Assembly (NCBI RefSeq): GCF_006345805.1
Contig: NW_021833232.1
Span: 21,309 to 85,308 of the forward strand
DNA: 64,000 bases
Reading direction: 5' to 3'
Origin: Octopus sinensis
Taxonomy: Eukaryota
The notes under the pieces are model-generated. The model saw nothing but the letters and a program-made list of their open reading frames with translations, ran no database searches and was not told the DNA's origin. The position numbers and the translations under genes are program-made. This document shows, one piece after another, positions 10,651 through 31,800 of the stretch (position 1 is the first letter of the stretch; every line of letters begins with the position of its first letter).

Positions 10651-10860
10651 CCCCGCCTGGCACCTGTGCAGGTGGCACGTAAAAAGCACCCACTACACTC
10701 ACAGAGTGGTTGGCGTTAGGAAGGGCATCCAGCTGTAGAAACATTGCCAAATTAGACTGGAGCCTGGTGCAGCCTTCTGGCTTCCCAGAACCCCGGTCGA
10801 ACCGTCCAACCCATGCTAGCATGGAGAACGGACGTTAAACGACTATGATGATGATGATGA
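10650..10860 (+). mobile_element. Family D copy with (GAT)n tail
   Basis: gagtggttggcgttaggaagggcatccagctgtagaa..ccaacccatgctagcatggagaacggacgttaaac..gatgatg. Confidence 0.8.
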
Positions 10861-11329
10861 TATATATGTACATATATACGACAGGCTTCTTTTAGTTTCC
10901 GTCTACTAAATCCACTCACAAGCCTTTGGCCGGCCCGATGTTATAGAAAAAGACACTCGCCCAAGGTGCCACGCAATGGGACTGAACCCAGAACCATGTG
11001 GTTGGTGAGCAAGCTACTTACCACAGAGCCACTCCTATGCCCCTTCGATATTTATTCATCTTCTCTTCCTTTTCCATTCCAAACTTCTTCCCCCATTCTT
11101 TGAGTTTTCCTGTCTTTTACATCGCATTCTTCCCAAAGACAGGAAGATGTTTGCAGAGTTGTTTAAATGTGGAGTAGGGGGTGGATACCAACGGACAGAA
11201 CCAGGTGGATCATGTGAGTATATATGTGTACATGCATGTCCACACGGGTACAAAGGGGTGGGGCACAAGGGAAAGCTATTTGTCTTTTTTTTCTGTAGTT
11301 TATATATATTTGTTTTTTTTATATATAAC

Positions 11330-11604
11330 TACATGCTTGTGTATTTATTTATGTTTGTTTGTATATGTAAATGTATCAGTGTATTCATGAGTGTATAATG
11401 TGTGTATATATGTGTGTGTGTGTATGAATGTATGTATTTATGTATATGTAGTCAGGTGTATATATATATTTGCATAGGTGTGTGTGTGTGTGTGTATGTT
11501 TGTGATTGTGTGTCAATGTATGAATTTAGGCGTGTGTGCAGTTAAGGGTCTATGTGTGTATATGTTTATGTATATCTGTCTGTGTATGGCTGTAAGTGTG
11601 GGTG

Positions 11605-11648
<44 letters not shown>

Positions 11649-12622
11649 CACATGGTTCTGTTGTGTATGCTTGTACAAATAGGTTCCTGTATGAGTCTAT
11701 ATATATAAGTGTATAGATTTTTTGTGTGTGTGTATTAAGGTGTGTGTCTGTATGTGTATGCATGTATGTATGTATATATATATATCTATGTAACTATATT
11801 AATATGTATATATATATATGTATATATGTATATATATATATATATGTATGTGTATATATATATGTGTGTGTGTGTGTATATACACCCACATGTGATTATG
11901 CATGCGTCTATACAGATTTAAGCATATATATATATGTATATATATATGTGTGTGTGTGTGTGTGCATGTCCGTGTGTGTACACGTGTGTTTATGCATATA
12001 TTTGTAAGATTATGTTTATACACGTATATGTATATCCGTGTGTGTGTGTATGTGTGTATACCCTTAACTGCAAAGACTATAATTTAATGGGTAATTTCAT
12101 TCAGACACCACCACCAAACCACCACCACCACCACCACCACTACCACTACCACCACCACCATCACAGCCACCACTCACCTTGCCCAGTCTTCCAACCACCA
12201 TCCTACCCCCCTCCCCATTCTCCCCCTCTTTCTCTGTCTGGTTTTAGTTTAATTTTTTCATCTTTTATTTTCTATTTTTTTGTTTTTTACTCCTAAAGAA
12301 TATAATTTTACATGGAAATTGTTTCCAGTCTCTTTCACACGCCCCTCTCTCTCTCTCTCTCTCTCTTTTTCTCTCCATCTCTTACACATACACTCTCACT
12401 CTGTCCCCCCCTCTCTCTCTCTCTCTCACTCTCTTTCCCTCACTCCTACACATATACTCTCTCTGCCTTTCTCACTATCTCTCGCTTTCTCTCTTTCTCT
12501 TGCTCTTACTCTCACTTGCTGAATTTCTCATTACCTCCCCTTTTCTTGCTATATATATATATATACTGTCTATCTCATCCTTCCCTCTATCTAATCTAGC
12601 GGTCTGTCTGTCTATCTATCTA

Positions 12623-12662
<40 letters not shown>

Positions 12663-12768
12663 CTACCTATCCATTTATCTATACACACACACACACAATC
12701 TATCTTGTTAATCTGATACTTCCCTCTAACTAATCTAGCTATCTGTCTGTCTATCTATTATCTATCTG

Positions 12769-12831
<63 letters not shown>

Positions 12832-12847
12832 ATCTATTATCTATCTG

Positions 12848-12906
<59 letters not shown>

Positions 12907-12931
12907 GTCTATCTATCTATCTATATCTATC

Positions 12932-12945
<14 letters not shown>
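11330..12945. repeat. Mixed microsatellite field: (TA/TG), (CAC), (CT), (CA), (TCTA)
   Basis: Direct reading. Confidence 0.9.
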
Positions 12946-16672
<3,727 letters not shown>

Positions 16673-16829
16673 GTGTTGACATACACAGGGACATGTACAT
16701 ATGTATAAAGACATGCACACATATATACACACACATCTGCACACTACACTACATGCAGAAACTCATACACAAACATACATGTATATACACATACATATAT
16801 ACACACATACATACAACACACACACAGAC

Positions 16830-19800
16830 ATGTATACAGTACACAATACAAACACGTATATATATACAATGCACATGTATATACATACACACACACACTT
16901 CACACGCATACATGTATATACACACTCACATACATGTATACAGTAACAACATACAAACGTATATATATACGATGCACATGTATATACATACACACAACCC
17001 ACTTCACACGCATACATGTATATACACACCACAGACATGTATACAGTACACAATACAAACACGTATATATATACAATGCACATGTATATAATACACACAC
17101 TTCACACACACGCATACATGTATATACACACTCACATACATGTATACAGTACACAATACAACACGTTATATATATACAATGCACATGTATATACATACAC
17201 ACACACACTTCACACACATACATGTATATACACACTCACATACATGTATACAGTACACAATACAAACACGTATATATATATACAATGCACATGTATATAC
17301 ATACACACACACACTTCGCATGCATACATGTATATACACATACACAGACATGTATACAGTACACAATACAAACACGTAAATATATATATATACATGCACA
17401 TGTATATACACACACACAGATATGTATACAGTACACAATACCAACACGTATATATATATACAATGCACATGTATATACAGACACACACACACTTCATTCA
17501 CACGCATACATGAATATACACACACTCACATACATGTATACAGTACACACTACAAACACGTATATATATCCACAATGCACATATATACATACAACACACA
17601 CACTTCACACGGATACATGTATATACACATCACATACATGTATACAGTACACAACACACGTATATATATACAATGCACATGTATATACATACACACACAA
17701 CACTTCACACGCATACATGTATATACACACACACAGACATGTATACAGTACACAATACAAACACGTATATATATACAATGCAACATGTATATACATATAC
17801 ACAAACACTTCACACGCATACATGTATATACACACACACATACATGTATACAGTACACAATACAAACACGTATATATATATACAATGCACATGTATACCA
17901 CACACACAGACATGTATAAACATTACCAATACAAACGTATTATATATACAATGCACATGTATACATACCTACACACACACACTTCACACGCATACATGTA
18001 TATACACACACACAGACATGTATACAGTACACAATACAAAAACACGTTATATATATATACAATGCACTTATCGTATACAACACACACCGACATGTATACA
18101 GTACACAATACAAACACGTATCTATATACAATGCACATGTATATACATACACACACACACTTCACACGCATACATGTATATACACACACACAGACATGTA
18201 TACAGTACACAATACAAACACGTATATATATATACAATGCACAAGTATATACACACACACAGACATGTATACAGTACACAATACAAACACGTATCTATAT
18301 ACAATGCACATGTATATACATACACACACACACTTCACACGCATACATGTATATACACACACACAGACATGTATACAGTACACAATACAAACACGTATAT
18401 ATATATACAATGCACATGTATATACACACACACAGACATGTATACAGTACACAATACAAACACGTATATATATATACAATGCACATGTATATACAAACAC
18501 ACAGACATGTATACAGTACACAATACAAACACGTATATATATATACAATGCACATGTATATACATACACACACACACTTCACACGCATACATGTATATAC
18601 ACACACACAGACATGTATACAGTACACAATACAAACACGTATATATATATATATACAATGCACATGTATATACATACACACACACACTTCACACGCATAC
18701 ATGTATATACACACTCACATACATGTATACAGTACACAATACAAACACGTATATATATACACAATGCACATGTATATACATACACACACACACTTCACAC
18801 GCATACATGTATATACACACTCACATACATGTATACAGTACACAATACAAACACGTATATATATACACAATGCACATGTATATACATACACACACACACT
18901 TCACACGCATACATGTATATACACACTCACATACATGTATACAGTACACAATACAAACCACGTATATAATACACAATGCACATGTATATACATACACACA
19001 CACACTTCACACGCATACATGTATATACACACTCACATACATGTATACAGTACACAATACAAACACGTATATATAACACAATGCACATGTCTATACATAC
19101 ACACACCACTTCACACGCATACATGTATATACACACTCACATACATGTATACAGTACACAATACAAACACGTATATATATACACAATGCCACATGTATAA
19201 CATACACCACACACACTTCACACACATACATGTATATACACACTCACATACATGTATACAGTACGCAATACAAACACGTATATATATACACAATGCACAC
19301 ATATATATACATACACACACACACTTCACACGCATACATGTATATACACACTCACATACATGTATACGGTACACAATACAAACACGTATATATATACACA
19401 ATGCACATGTATATACATACACACACACACTTCACACACATACATGTATATACACACTCACATACATGTATACAGTACACAATACAAACACGTATATATA
19501 TACACAATGCACATGTATATACATACACACACACACTTCACACGCATACATGTATATACACACTCACATACATGTATACAGTACACAATACAAACAGTTA
19601 TATATATACACAATGCACATGTATATACATACACACACACACTTCACACACATACATGTATATACACACTCACATACATGTATACAGTACACGATACAAA
19701 CACGTATATATATACACAATGCACATGTATATACATACACACACACACTTCACACGCATACATGTATAATACACACTCACATACATGTATACAGTACACA

Positions 19801-22800
19801 ATACAACACGTATATATATACACAATGCACATGTATATACATACACACACACACTTCACACGCATACATGTATATACACACTCACATACATGTATACAGT
19901 ACACAATACAAACACGTATATATACACAATGCACATGTATATACATACACACACACACTTCACACGCATACATGTATATACACACTCACATACATGTATA
20001 CAGTACACAATATAAACACGTATATATATACACAATGCACATGTATATACATACACACACACACTTCACACACATACTGTATATACACACTCACATACAT
20101 GTATACAGTACACAATACAAACACGTAATATATACACAATGCACATGTATATACATACACACACACACTTCACACGCATACATGTATATACACAACACAT
20201 ACATGTATACAGTACACAATACACAAACACACAGTATATATATACACAATGCACATCTATATACATACAAACACACACTTCACACGCATACATGTATATA
20301 CACACTCACATACATGTATACAGTACACAATACAAACACGTATATATATACAAAATGCACATGTACATACATACACACACACACTTCACACACATACATG
20401 TATATACACACTCACATATGTATACAGTACACAATACAAACACGTATATATATACACAATGAACATGTATATACATAGACACAACACTTCACACGCATAC
20501 ATGTATATACACACTCACATACATGTATACAGTACACAATACAAACACGTATATATATACACAATGCACATGTATATACAACACACACACACATTCACAC
20601 GCATACATGTATATACACACTCACATACATGTATACAGTACACAATACAAACACATATATATATACACAATGCACATGTATATACATACACACACACACT
20701 TCACACGCATACATGTATATACACACTCACATACATGTATACAGTACACAATACAAACACGTATATATATACACAATGCACATGTATATACATACACACA
20801 CACACTTCACACGCATACATGTATAACACACTCACATACATGTATACAGTACACAATACAAACACGTAATATATACACAATGCACATGTATATACATACA
20901 CACACACACATTCACACGCATACATGTATATACACACTCACATACATGTATACAGTACACAATACAAACACGTATATATATACACAATGCACATGTATAT
21001 ACATACACACAACACTTCACACGCATACATGTATATACACACTCACATACATGTATACAGTACAGAATACAAACACGTATATATATACACAATGCACATG
21101 TATATACATACACACACACACTTCACACACATACATGTATATACACACTCACATACATGTATACAGTACACAATACAAACACGTATATATATACACAATG
21201 CACATGTATATACATACACACACACACTTCACACGCATACATGTATATACACACTCACATACATGTATACAGTACACAATACAAACACGTATATATATAC
21301 ACAATGCACATGTATATACATACACACACACACTTCACACGCATACATGTATAACACACACACCATACATGTATACAGTACACAATACAAACACGTATAT
21401 ATATAACAATGCACATGTATATACATACACACACACACTTCACACGCATACATGTATATACACACACATATATGTATACAGTACACAATACAAACACGTA
21501 TATATATACACAATGCACATGTATATACATACACACACGCACTTCACACGCATACATGTATATACACACACACATACATGTATACAGTACACAATACAAA
21601 CACGTATATATATATACAATGCACATGTATATACATACACACACACACACTTCACACGCATACATGTATATACACACACACATACATGTATACAGTACAC
21701 AATACAAACACGTATATATATACACAATGCACATGATATACATACACACACACACTTAACACGCATACATGTATATACACACACACACATGTATACAGTA
21801 CACAATACAAACACGTATATATATACACAATGCACATGTATATACATACACAAACACACTTCACACGCATACATGTATTATACACACACACATACATGTA
21901 TACAGTACACAATACAAACACGTATATATATACACAATGCACATGTATATACATACACACACACACTTCACACGCATACATGTATATACACACACACATA
22001 CATGTATACAGTACACAATACAAACACGTATATATATATACAATGCACATGTATATACATACACACACACACTTCACACGCATACATGTATATACACACT
22101 CGCATACGTGTATACAGTACACAATACAAACACGTATATATATACACAATGCACATGTATATACATACACACACACACTTCACACGCATACATGTATATA
22201 CACACTCACGTACATGTATACAGTACACAATACAAACACGTATATATATACACAATGCACATGTACATACATACACACACACACTTCACACACATACATG
22301 TATATACACACTCACATACATGTATACAGTACACAATACAAACACGTATATATATACACAATGCACATGTATATACATACACACACACACACTTCACACG
22401 CATACATGTATATCAACACTCACGTACATGTATACAGTACACAATACAAACACGTATATATATACACAATGCACATGTACATACATACACACACACACTT
22501 CACACACATACATGTATATACTACACACTCACATACATGTATACAGTACACAATACAAACACGTATATATATACACAATGCACATGTATATACATACACA
22601 CACACACTTCACACGCATACATGTATATACACACACTCACATACATGTATACAGTACACAATACAAACACGTATATATATACACACAATGCACATGTATA
22701 TACATACACACATACACTTCACACACATACATGTATATACACACTCATACATGTATACAGTACACAATACAAACACGTATATATATACACAATGCACATG

Positions 22801-25800
22801 TATATACATACACACACACTTCACACGCATACATGTATATACACACTCACATACATGTATACAGTACACAATACAAACACGTATATATATACACAACGCA
22901 CATGTATATACTACACACACACACTTCACACACACGCATACATGTATATACACACTCACATACATGTATACAGTACAGAATACAAACACGTATATATATA
23001 CACAATGCACATGTATATACATACACACACACACTTCACACTCACACGCATACATGTATACACACTCACGTACATGTATACAGTACACAATACAAACACG
23101 TATATATATACACAATGCACATGTATATACATACACACACACACTTCACACACATACATGTATATACACACTCGCATACATGTATACAGTACACAATACA
23201 AACACGTATATATATACACAATGCACATGTATATACATACACACACACACTTCACACGCATACATGTATATACACACACACATACATGTATACAGTACAC
23301 AATACAAACACGTATATATATACACAATGCACATCTATATACATACAAACACAGACTTCACACGCATACATGTATATACACACTCACATACATGTATACA
23401 GTACACAATACAAACACGTATATATATACAAAATGCACATGTACATACATACACACACACACTTCACACACATACATGTATATACACACTCACATACATG
23501 TATACAGTACACAATACAAACACGTATATATATACACAATGCACATGTATATACATACACACACACACTTCACACGCATACATGTATATACACACTCACA
23601 TACATGTATACAGTACACAATACAAACACGTATATATATACACAATGCACATGTACATACATACACAAACACACTTCACACACATACATGTATATACACA
23701 CTCACATACATGTATACAGTACACAATACAAACACGTATATATATACACAATGCACATGTATATACATACACACACACACTTCACACGCATACATGTATA
23801 TACACACTCACATACATGTATACAGTACACAATACAAACACGTATATATATACACAATGCACATGTACATACATACACACACACACTTCACACACATACA
23901 TGTATATACACACTCACATACATGTATACAGTACACAATACAAACACGTATATATATACACAATGCACATGTATATACATACACACACACACTTCACACG
24001 CATACATGTATATACACACTCACATACATGTATACAGTACACAATACAAACACGTATATATATACACAATGCACATGTATATACATACACAAACACACTT
24101 CACACGCATACGTGTATATACACACTCACGTACATGTATACAGTACACAATACAAACACGTATATATATACACAATGCACATGTACATACATATACACAC
24201 ACACTTCACACAATACATGTATATACACACTCACATACATGTATACAGTACACAATACAAACACGTATATATATACACAATGCACATGTATATACAACAC
24301 ACACACACTTCACACGCATACATGTATATACACACTCACGTACATGTATACAGTACACAATACAAACACGTATATATATACACAATGCACATGTACATAC
24401 ATACAACACACACACTTCACACACATACATGTATATACACACTCACATACATGTATACAGTACACAATACAAACACGTATATATATACACAATGCACATG
24501 TATATACATACCACACACACTTCACACGCATCCATGTATATACACACTCACATACATGTATACAGTACACAATACAAACACGTATATATATACACAATGC
24601 ACATGTATATACATACACACACACACTCACACACATACAGGTATATACACACTCACATACATGTATACAGTACACAATACAAACACGTATATATATACAC
24701 AATGCACATGTATATACATACACACACACACTTCACACGCATACATGTATACACCACTCACATACATGTATACAGTACACAATACAAACACGTATATATA
24801 TACACAATGCACATGTATATACATACACACACACACTTCACACGCATACATGTATATACACACACACATACATGTATACAGTACACAATACAAACACGTA
24901 TATATATACACAATGCACATGTATATACATACACACACACACTTCACACGCATACATGTATATACACACACACATACATGTATACAGTACACAATACAAA
25001 CACGTATATATATACACAATGCACATGTATATACATACACACACGCACTTCACACGCATACATGTATTACACACACACATACATGTATACAGTACACAAT
25101 ACAAACACGTATATATATACAATGCACATGTATATACATACACACACAACTTCACACGCATACATGTATATACACACTCACATACATGTATACAGTACAC
25201 AATACAAACACGTATATATACACAATGCACATGTATATACATACACACACACACTTCACACGCATCCATGTATATACACACTCACATACATGTATACAGT
25301 ACACAATACAAACACGTATATATATACACAATGCACATGTAATACATACACACACACACTTCACACACATACAGGTATATACACACTCACATACATGTAT
25401 ACAGTACACAATACAAACACGATATATATACACAATGCACATGTATATACATACACACACACACTTCACACGCATACATGTATATACACACTCACATACA
25501 TGTATACAGTACACAATACAAACACGTATATATATACACAATGCACATGTATAACATACACACACACACTTCACACGCATACATGTATATACACACACAC
25601 ATACATGTATACAGTACACAATACAAAACACTATATATATACACAATGCACATGTATATACATACACACACACACACTTCACACGCATACATGTATATAC
25701 ACACACACATACATGTATACAGTACACAATACAAACACGTATATATATACACAATGCACATGTATATACATAACACACGCACTTCACACGCATACATGTA

Positions 25801-28800
25801 TATACACACACACATACATGTATACAGTACACAATACAAACACGTATATATATATACAATGCACATGTATATACATACACACACACACTTCACACGCATA
25901 CATGTATATACACACACACATACATGTATACAGTACACAATACAAACACGATATATATACACAATGCACATGTATATACATACACACACACTTCACAGCA
26001 TACATGCATATACACACACACATACATGTATACAGTACACAATACAAACACGTATATATATACACAATGCACACGTATATACATACACAAACACACTTCA
26101 CACGCATACATGTATATACACACACACATACATGTATACAGTACACAATACAAACACGTATATATATACACAATGCACATGTATATACATACACACACAC
26201 ACTTCACACGCATACATGTATATACACACACACATACATGTATACAGTACACAATACAAACACGTATATATATATACAATGCACATGTATATACATACAC
26301 ACACACACTTCACACGCATACATGTATATACACACTCGCATACGTGTATACAGTACACAATACAAACACGTATATATATACACAATGCACATGTATATAC
26401 ATACACACAACACTTCACACGCATACATGTATATACACACTCACGTACATGTATACAGTACAAATACAAACACGTATAATATATACACAATGCACATGTA
26501 CATACATACACACACACACTTCACACACATACATGTATATACACACTCACATACATGTATACAGTACACAATACAAACACGTATATATATACACAATGCA
26601 CATGTATATACATACACACACACCTTTCACACGCATACATGTATATACACACTCACATACATGTATACAGTACACAATACAAACACGTATATATATACAC
26701 AATGCACATGTATATACATACACACACACACTTCACACGCATACATGTATATACACACTCACGTACATGTATACAGTACACAATACAAACACGTATATAT
26801 ATACACAATGCACATGTACATACATACACACACACACTTCACACACATACATGTATATACACACTCACATACATGTATACAGTACACAATACAAACACGT
26901 ATATATATACACAATGCACATGTATATACATACACACACACACTTCACACGCATACATGTATATACACACTCACATACATGTATACAGTACACAATACAA
27001 ACACGTATATATATACACCAATGCACATGTATATACATACAACATACACTTCACACACATACATGTATATACACACTCACATACATGTATACAGTACACA
27101 ATAAAACACGTATATATACACAATGCACAGTATATACATACACACACACTTCACACGCATACATGTATATACACACTCACATACATGTATACAGTACACA
27201 ATACAAACACGTATATATATACACAATGCACATGTATATACATACACACACACACTTCACACGCATACATGTATATACACACTCACATACATGTATACAG
27301 TACACAATACAAACACGTATATATATACACAATGCACATGTATATACATACACACACACACTTCACACGCATACATGTATATACACACTCACGTACATGT
27401 ATACAGTACACAATACAAACACGTATATATATACACAATGCACATGTATATACATACACACACACACTTCACACACATACATGTATATACACACTCGCAT
27501 ACATGTATACAGTACACAATACAAACACGTATATATATACACAATGCACATGTATATACATACACACACACACTTCACATGCATACATGTATATACACAC
27601 ACACATACATGTATACAGTACACAATACAAACACGTATATATATATACAATGCACATGTATATACATACACACACACACTTCACACACATACATGTATAT
27701 ACACACTCGCATACATGTATACAGTACACAATACAAACACGTATATATATACACAATGCACATGTATATACATACACACACACACTTCACATGCATACAT
27801 GTATATACACACACACATACATGTATACAGTACACAATACAAACACGTATATATATATACAATGCACATGTATATACATACACACACACACTTCACACGC
27901 ATACATGTATATACACACTCGCATACATGTATACAGTACACAATACAAACACGTATTATATACACAATGCACATGTATATACATACACACACACACACTT
28001 CACACACATACATGTATATACACACTCACATACATGTATACAGTACACAATACAAACACGTATATATATACACAATGCACATTGTATATACAACACACAC
28101 ACACTTCACACGCATACATGTATATACACACACACATACATGTATACAGTACACAATACAAACACGTATATATATACACAATGCACATGTATATACATAC
28201 ACACACACACTTCACACGCATACATGTATATACACACACACATACATGTATACAGTACACAATACAAACACGTATATATATACACAATGCACATGTATAT
28301 ACATACACACACGCACTTCACACGCATACATGTATATACACACACACATACATGTATACAGTACACAATAACAACACGTATATATATACACATGCACATG
28401 TATATACATACACACACACACTTCACACGCATACATGTATATACACACACACATACATGTATACAGTACACAATACAAACACGTATATATATACACAATG
28501 CACAGTATATACATACACAAACACACTTCACACGCATACATGTATATACACACACACATACATGTATACAGTACACAATACAAACACATATATATACACA
28601 CAATGCACATGTATATACATACACACACAACTTCACACGCATACATGTATATACACACACACATACATGTATACAGTACACAATACAAACACGTATATAT
28701 ATATACAATGCACATGTATATACATACACACACACACTTCACACGCATACATGTATATACACACTCGCATACGTGTATACAGTACACAATACAAACACGT

Positions 28801-31800
28801 ATATATATACACAATGCACATGTATATACATACACACACACACTTCACACGCATACATGTATATACACACTCAGTAATACATGTATACAGTACACAATAC
28901 AAAACACGTATATATACACAATGCACATGTACATACATACACACACACACTTCACACACATACATGTATATACACACTCACATACATGTATACAGTACAC
29001 AATACAAACACGTATATATATACACAATGCACATGTATATACATACACACACACACTTCACACGCATACATGTATATACACACTCACGTACATGTATACA
29101 GTACACAATACAACACGTATATATACACAATGCACAGTACATACATACACACACACACACACACATACATGTATATACACACTCACATACATGTATACAG
29201 TACAAATACAAACACGTATATATATACACAATGCAATGTTACTGATACATACACATACACACTTCACACGCATACACGCATACATGTTCACTACACACTC
29301 ACATAATGTATACAGTACACAATACAAACACGTATAATATACACAATGCACATGTATATACACACACACATACACTTCACACACATACATGTATATACAC
29401 ACTCACATACATGTATACAGTACACAATACAAACACGTATATAATACACAATGCACATGTATATACATACACACACACTTCACACGCTACATTATACATA
29501 TACACACTCACATACATGTATACAGTACACAATACAAACACGTATATATATACACAATGCACATGTATATACATACACACACACACTTCACACGCATACA
29601 TGTATATACACACTCACATACATGTATACAGTACACAATACAAACACGTATATATACACAATGCACATGTATATACATACACACACACACTTCACACGCA
29701 TACATGTATATACACACTCACGTACATGTATACAGTACACCATACAAACACGTATTATATACACAATGCACATGTATATACATACACACACACACTTCAC
29801 ACACATACATGTATATACACACTCGCATACATGTATACAGTACACAATACAAACACGTATATATATACACAATGCACATGATATACATACACACACACAC
29901 TTCACATGCATACATGTATATATTACACCACACATACAGTATACAGTACACAATACAAACACGTATATATATATACAATGCACATGTATATACATACACA
30001 CACACACTTCACAGCATTACATGTATATACACACTCGCATACATGTATACAGTACACAATACAAACACGTATATATATACACAATGCACATGTATATACA
30101 AACACACACACATTTCACACACATACATGTATATACACACTCACATACATGTATACAGTACACAATACAAACACGTATATATATACACAATGCACATGTA
30201 TATACATACACACACACACTTCACACGCATACATGTATATACACACTCACATACATGTATACAGTACACAATACAAACACGTATATATATACACAATGCA
30301 CATGTATATACATACACACACACACTTCACACGCATACATGTATATACACACTCACATACATGTATACAGTACACAATACAAACACTATATATACACAAT
30401 GCACATGTATATACATTACACACACACACCACTTCACACGCATACATGTATATACACACTCACGTACATGTATACAGTACACAATACAAACACGTATATA
30501 TATCACAATGCACATGTATATACATACACACACACACTTCACACACATACATGTATATACACACTCGCATACATGTATACAGTACACAATACAAACACGT
30601 ATATTATACCCAATGCACATGTATATACATACACACACACACTTCACATGCATACATGTATATACACACCACATACATGTATACAGTACACAATACAAAC
30701 ACGTATATATATACACAATGCACATGTAATATACATACACACACACACTTCACACGCATACATGTATATACAACACTCGCATACATGTATACAGTACACA
30801 ATACAAACACGTTATATATACACAATGCACATGTATATACATACACACACACACTTCACATGCATACATGTATATACACACCCCCATACATGTATACAGT
30901 ACACAATACAAACCTATATATAATACAATGCACATGTAATACATACACACACACACTTCCACACGCATACATGTATATACACACTCGCATACATGTATAC
31001 AGTACACAATACAAACACGTATATATATACACAATGCACATGTATATACCAAACACACACACACTTCACACACATACATGTATATACACACTCACTACAT
31101 GTATACGTACACAATACAAACACGTATATATATACACAATGCACATGTATACATACACACACACACTTCACACGCATACATGTATATACACACTCACATA
31201 CATGTATACAGTACACAATACAAACACGTATATATATACACAATGCACATGTATATAATACATACACCCACACTTCACACGCATACATGTATATACACAC
31301 TCACATACATGTATACAGTACACAATACAAACACGTATATATATACACAATGCACATGTATATACATAACACACACACACTTCACACACATACATGTATA
31401 TACACACTCACATACATGCATACAGTACCCAATACAACACGTATATATATACACAATGCACATGTATATACATACACACACACACTTCACACACATACAT
31501 GTAATACACACTCACATACATGTATACAGTACACAATACAAACACGTATTATATACACAATGCACATGTATATACATACACCAAACACACTTCACACGCA
31601 TACATGTATATACACACTTACATACATGTATACAGTACACAATACAAACACGTATATATATACACAATGCACATGTATATAATACACACACACACTTCAC
31701 ACGCATACATGTATATACACACTCACATACATGTATACAGTACACAATCAAACACGTACATATATACACAATGCGCATGTATATACATACACACACACAC

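Larger units (their letters stand above)
9815..11042 (-). mobile_element. SINE A split in two (tail half 9815-10035, head half 10870-11042) by insertions in its central microsatellite
   Basis: Both halves in the same orientation and complementary in coverage. Confidence 0.7.
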
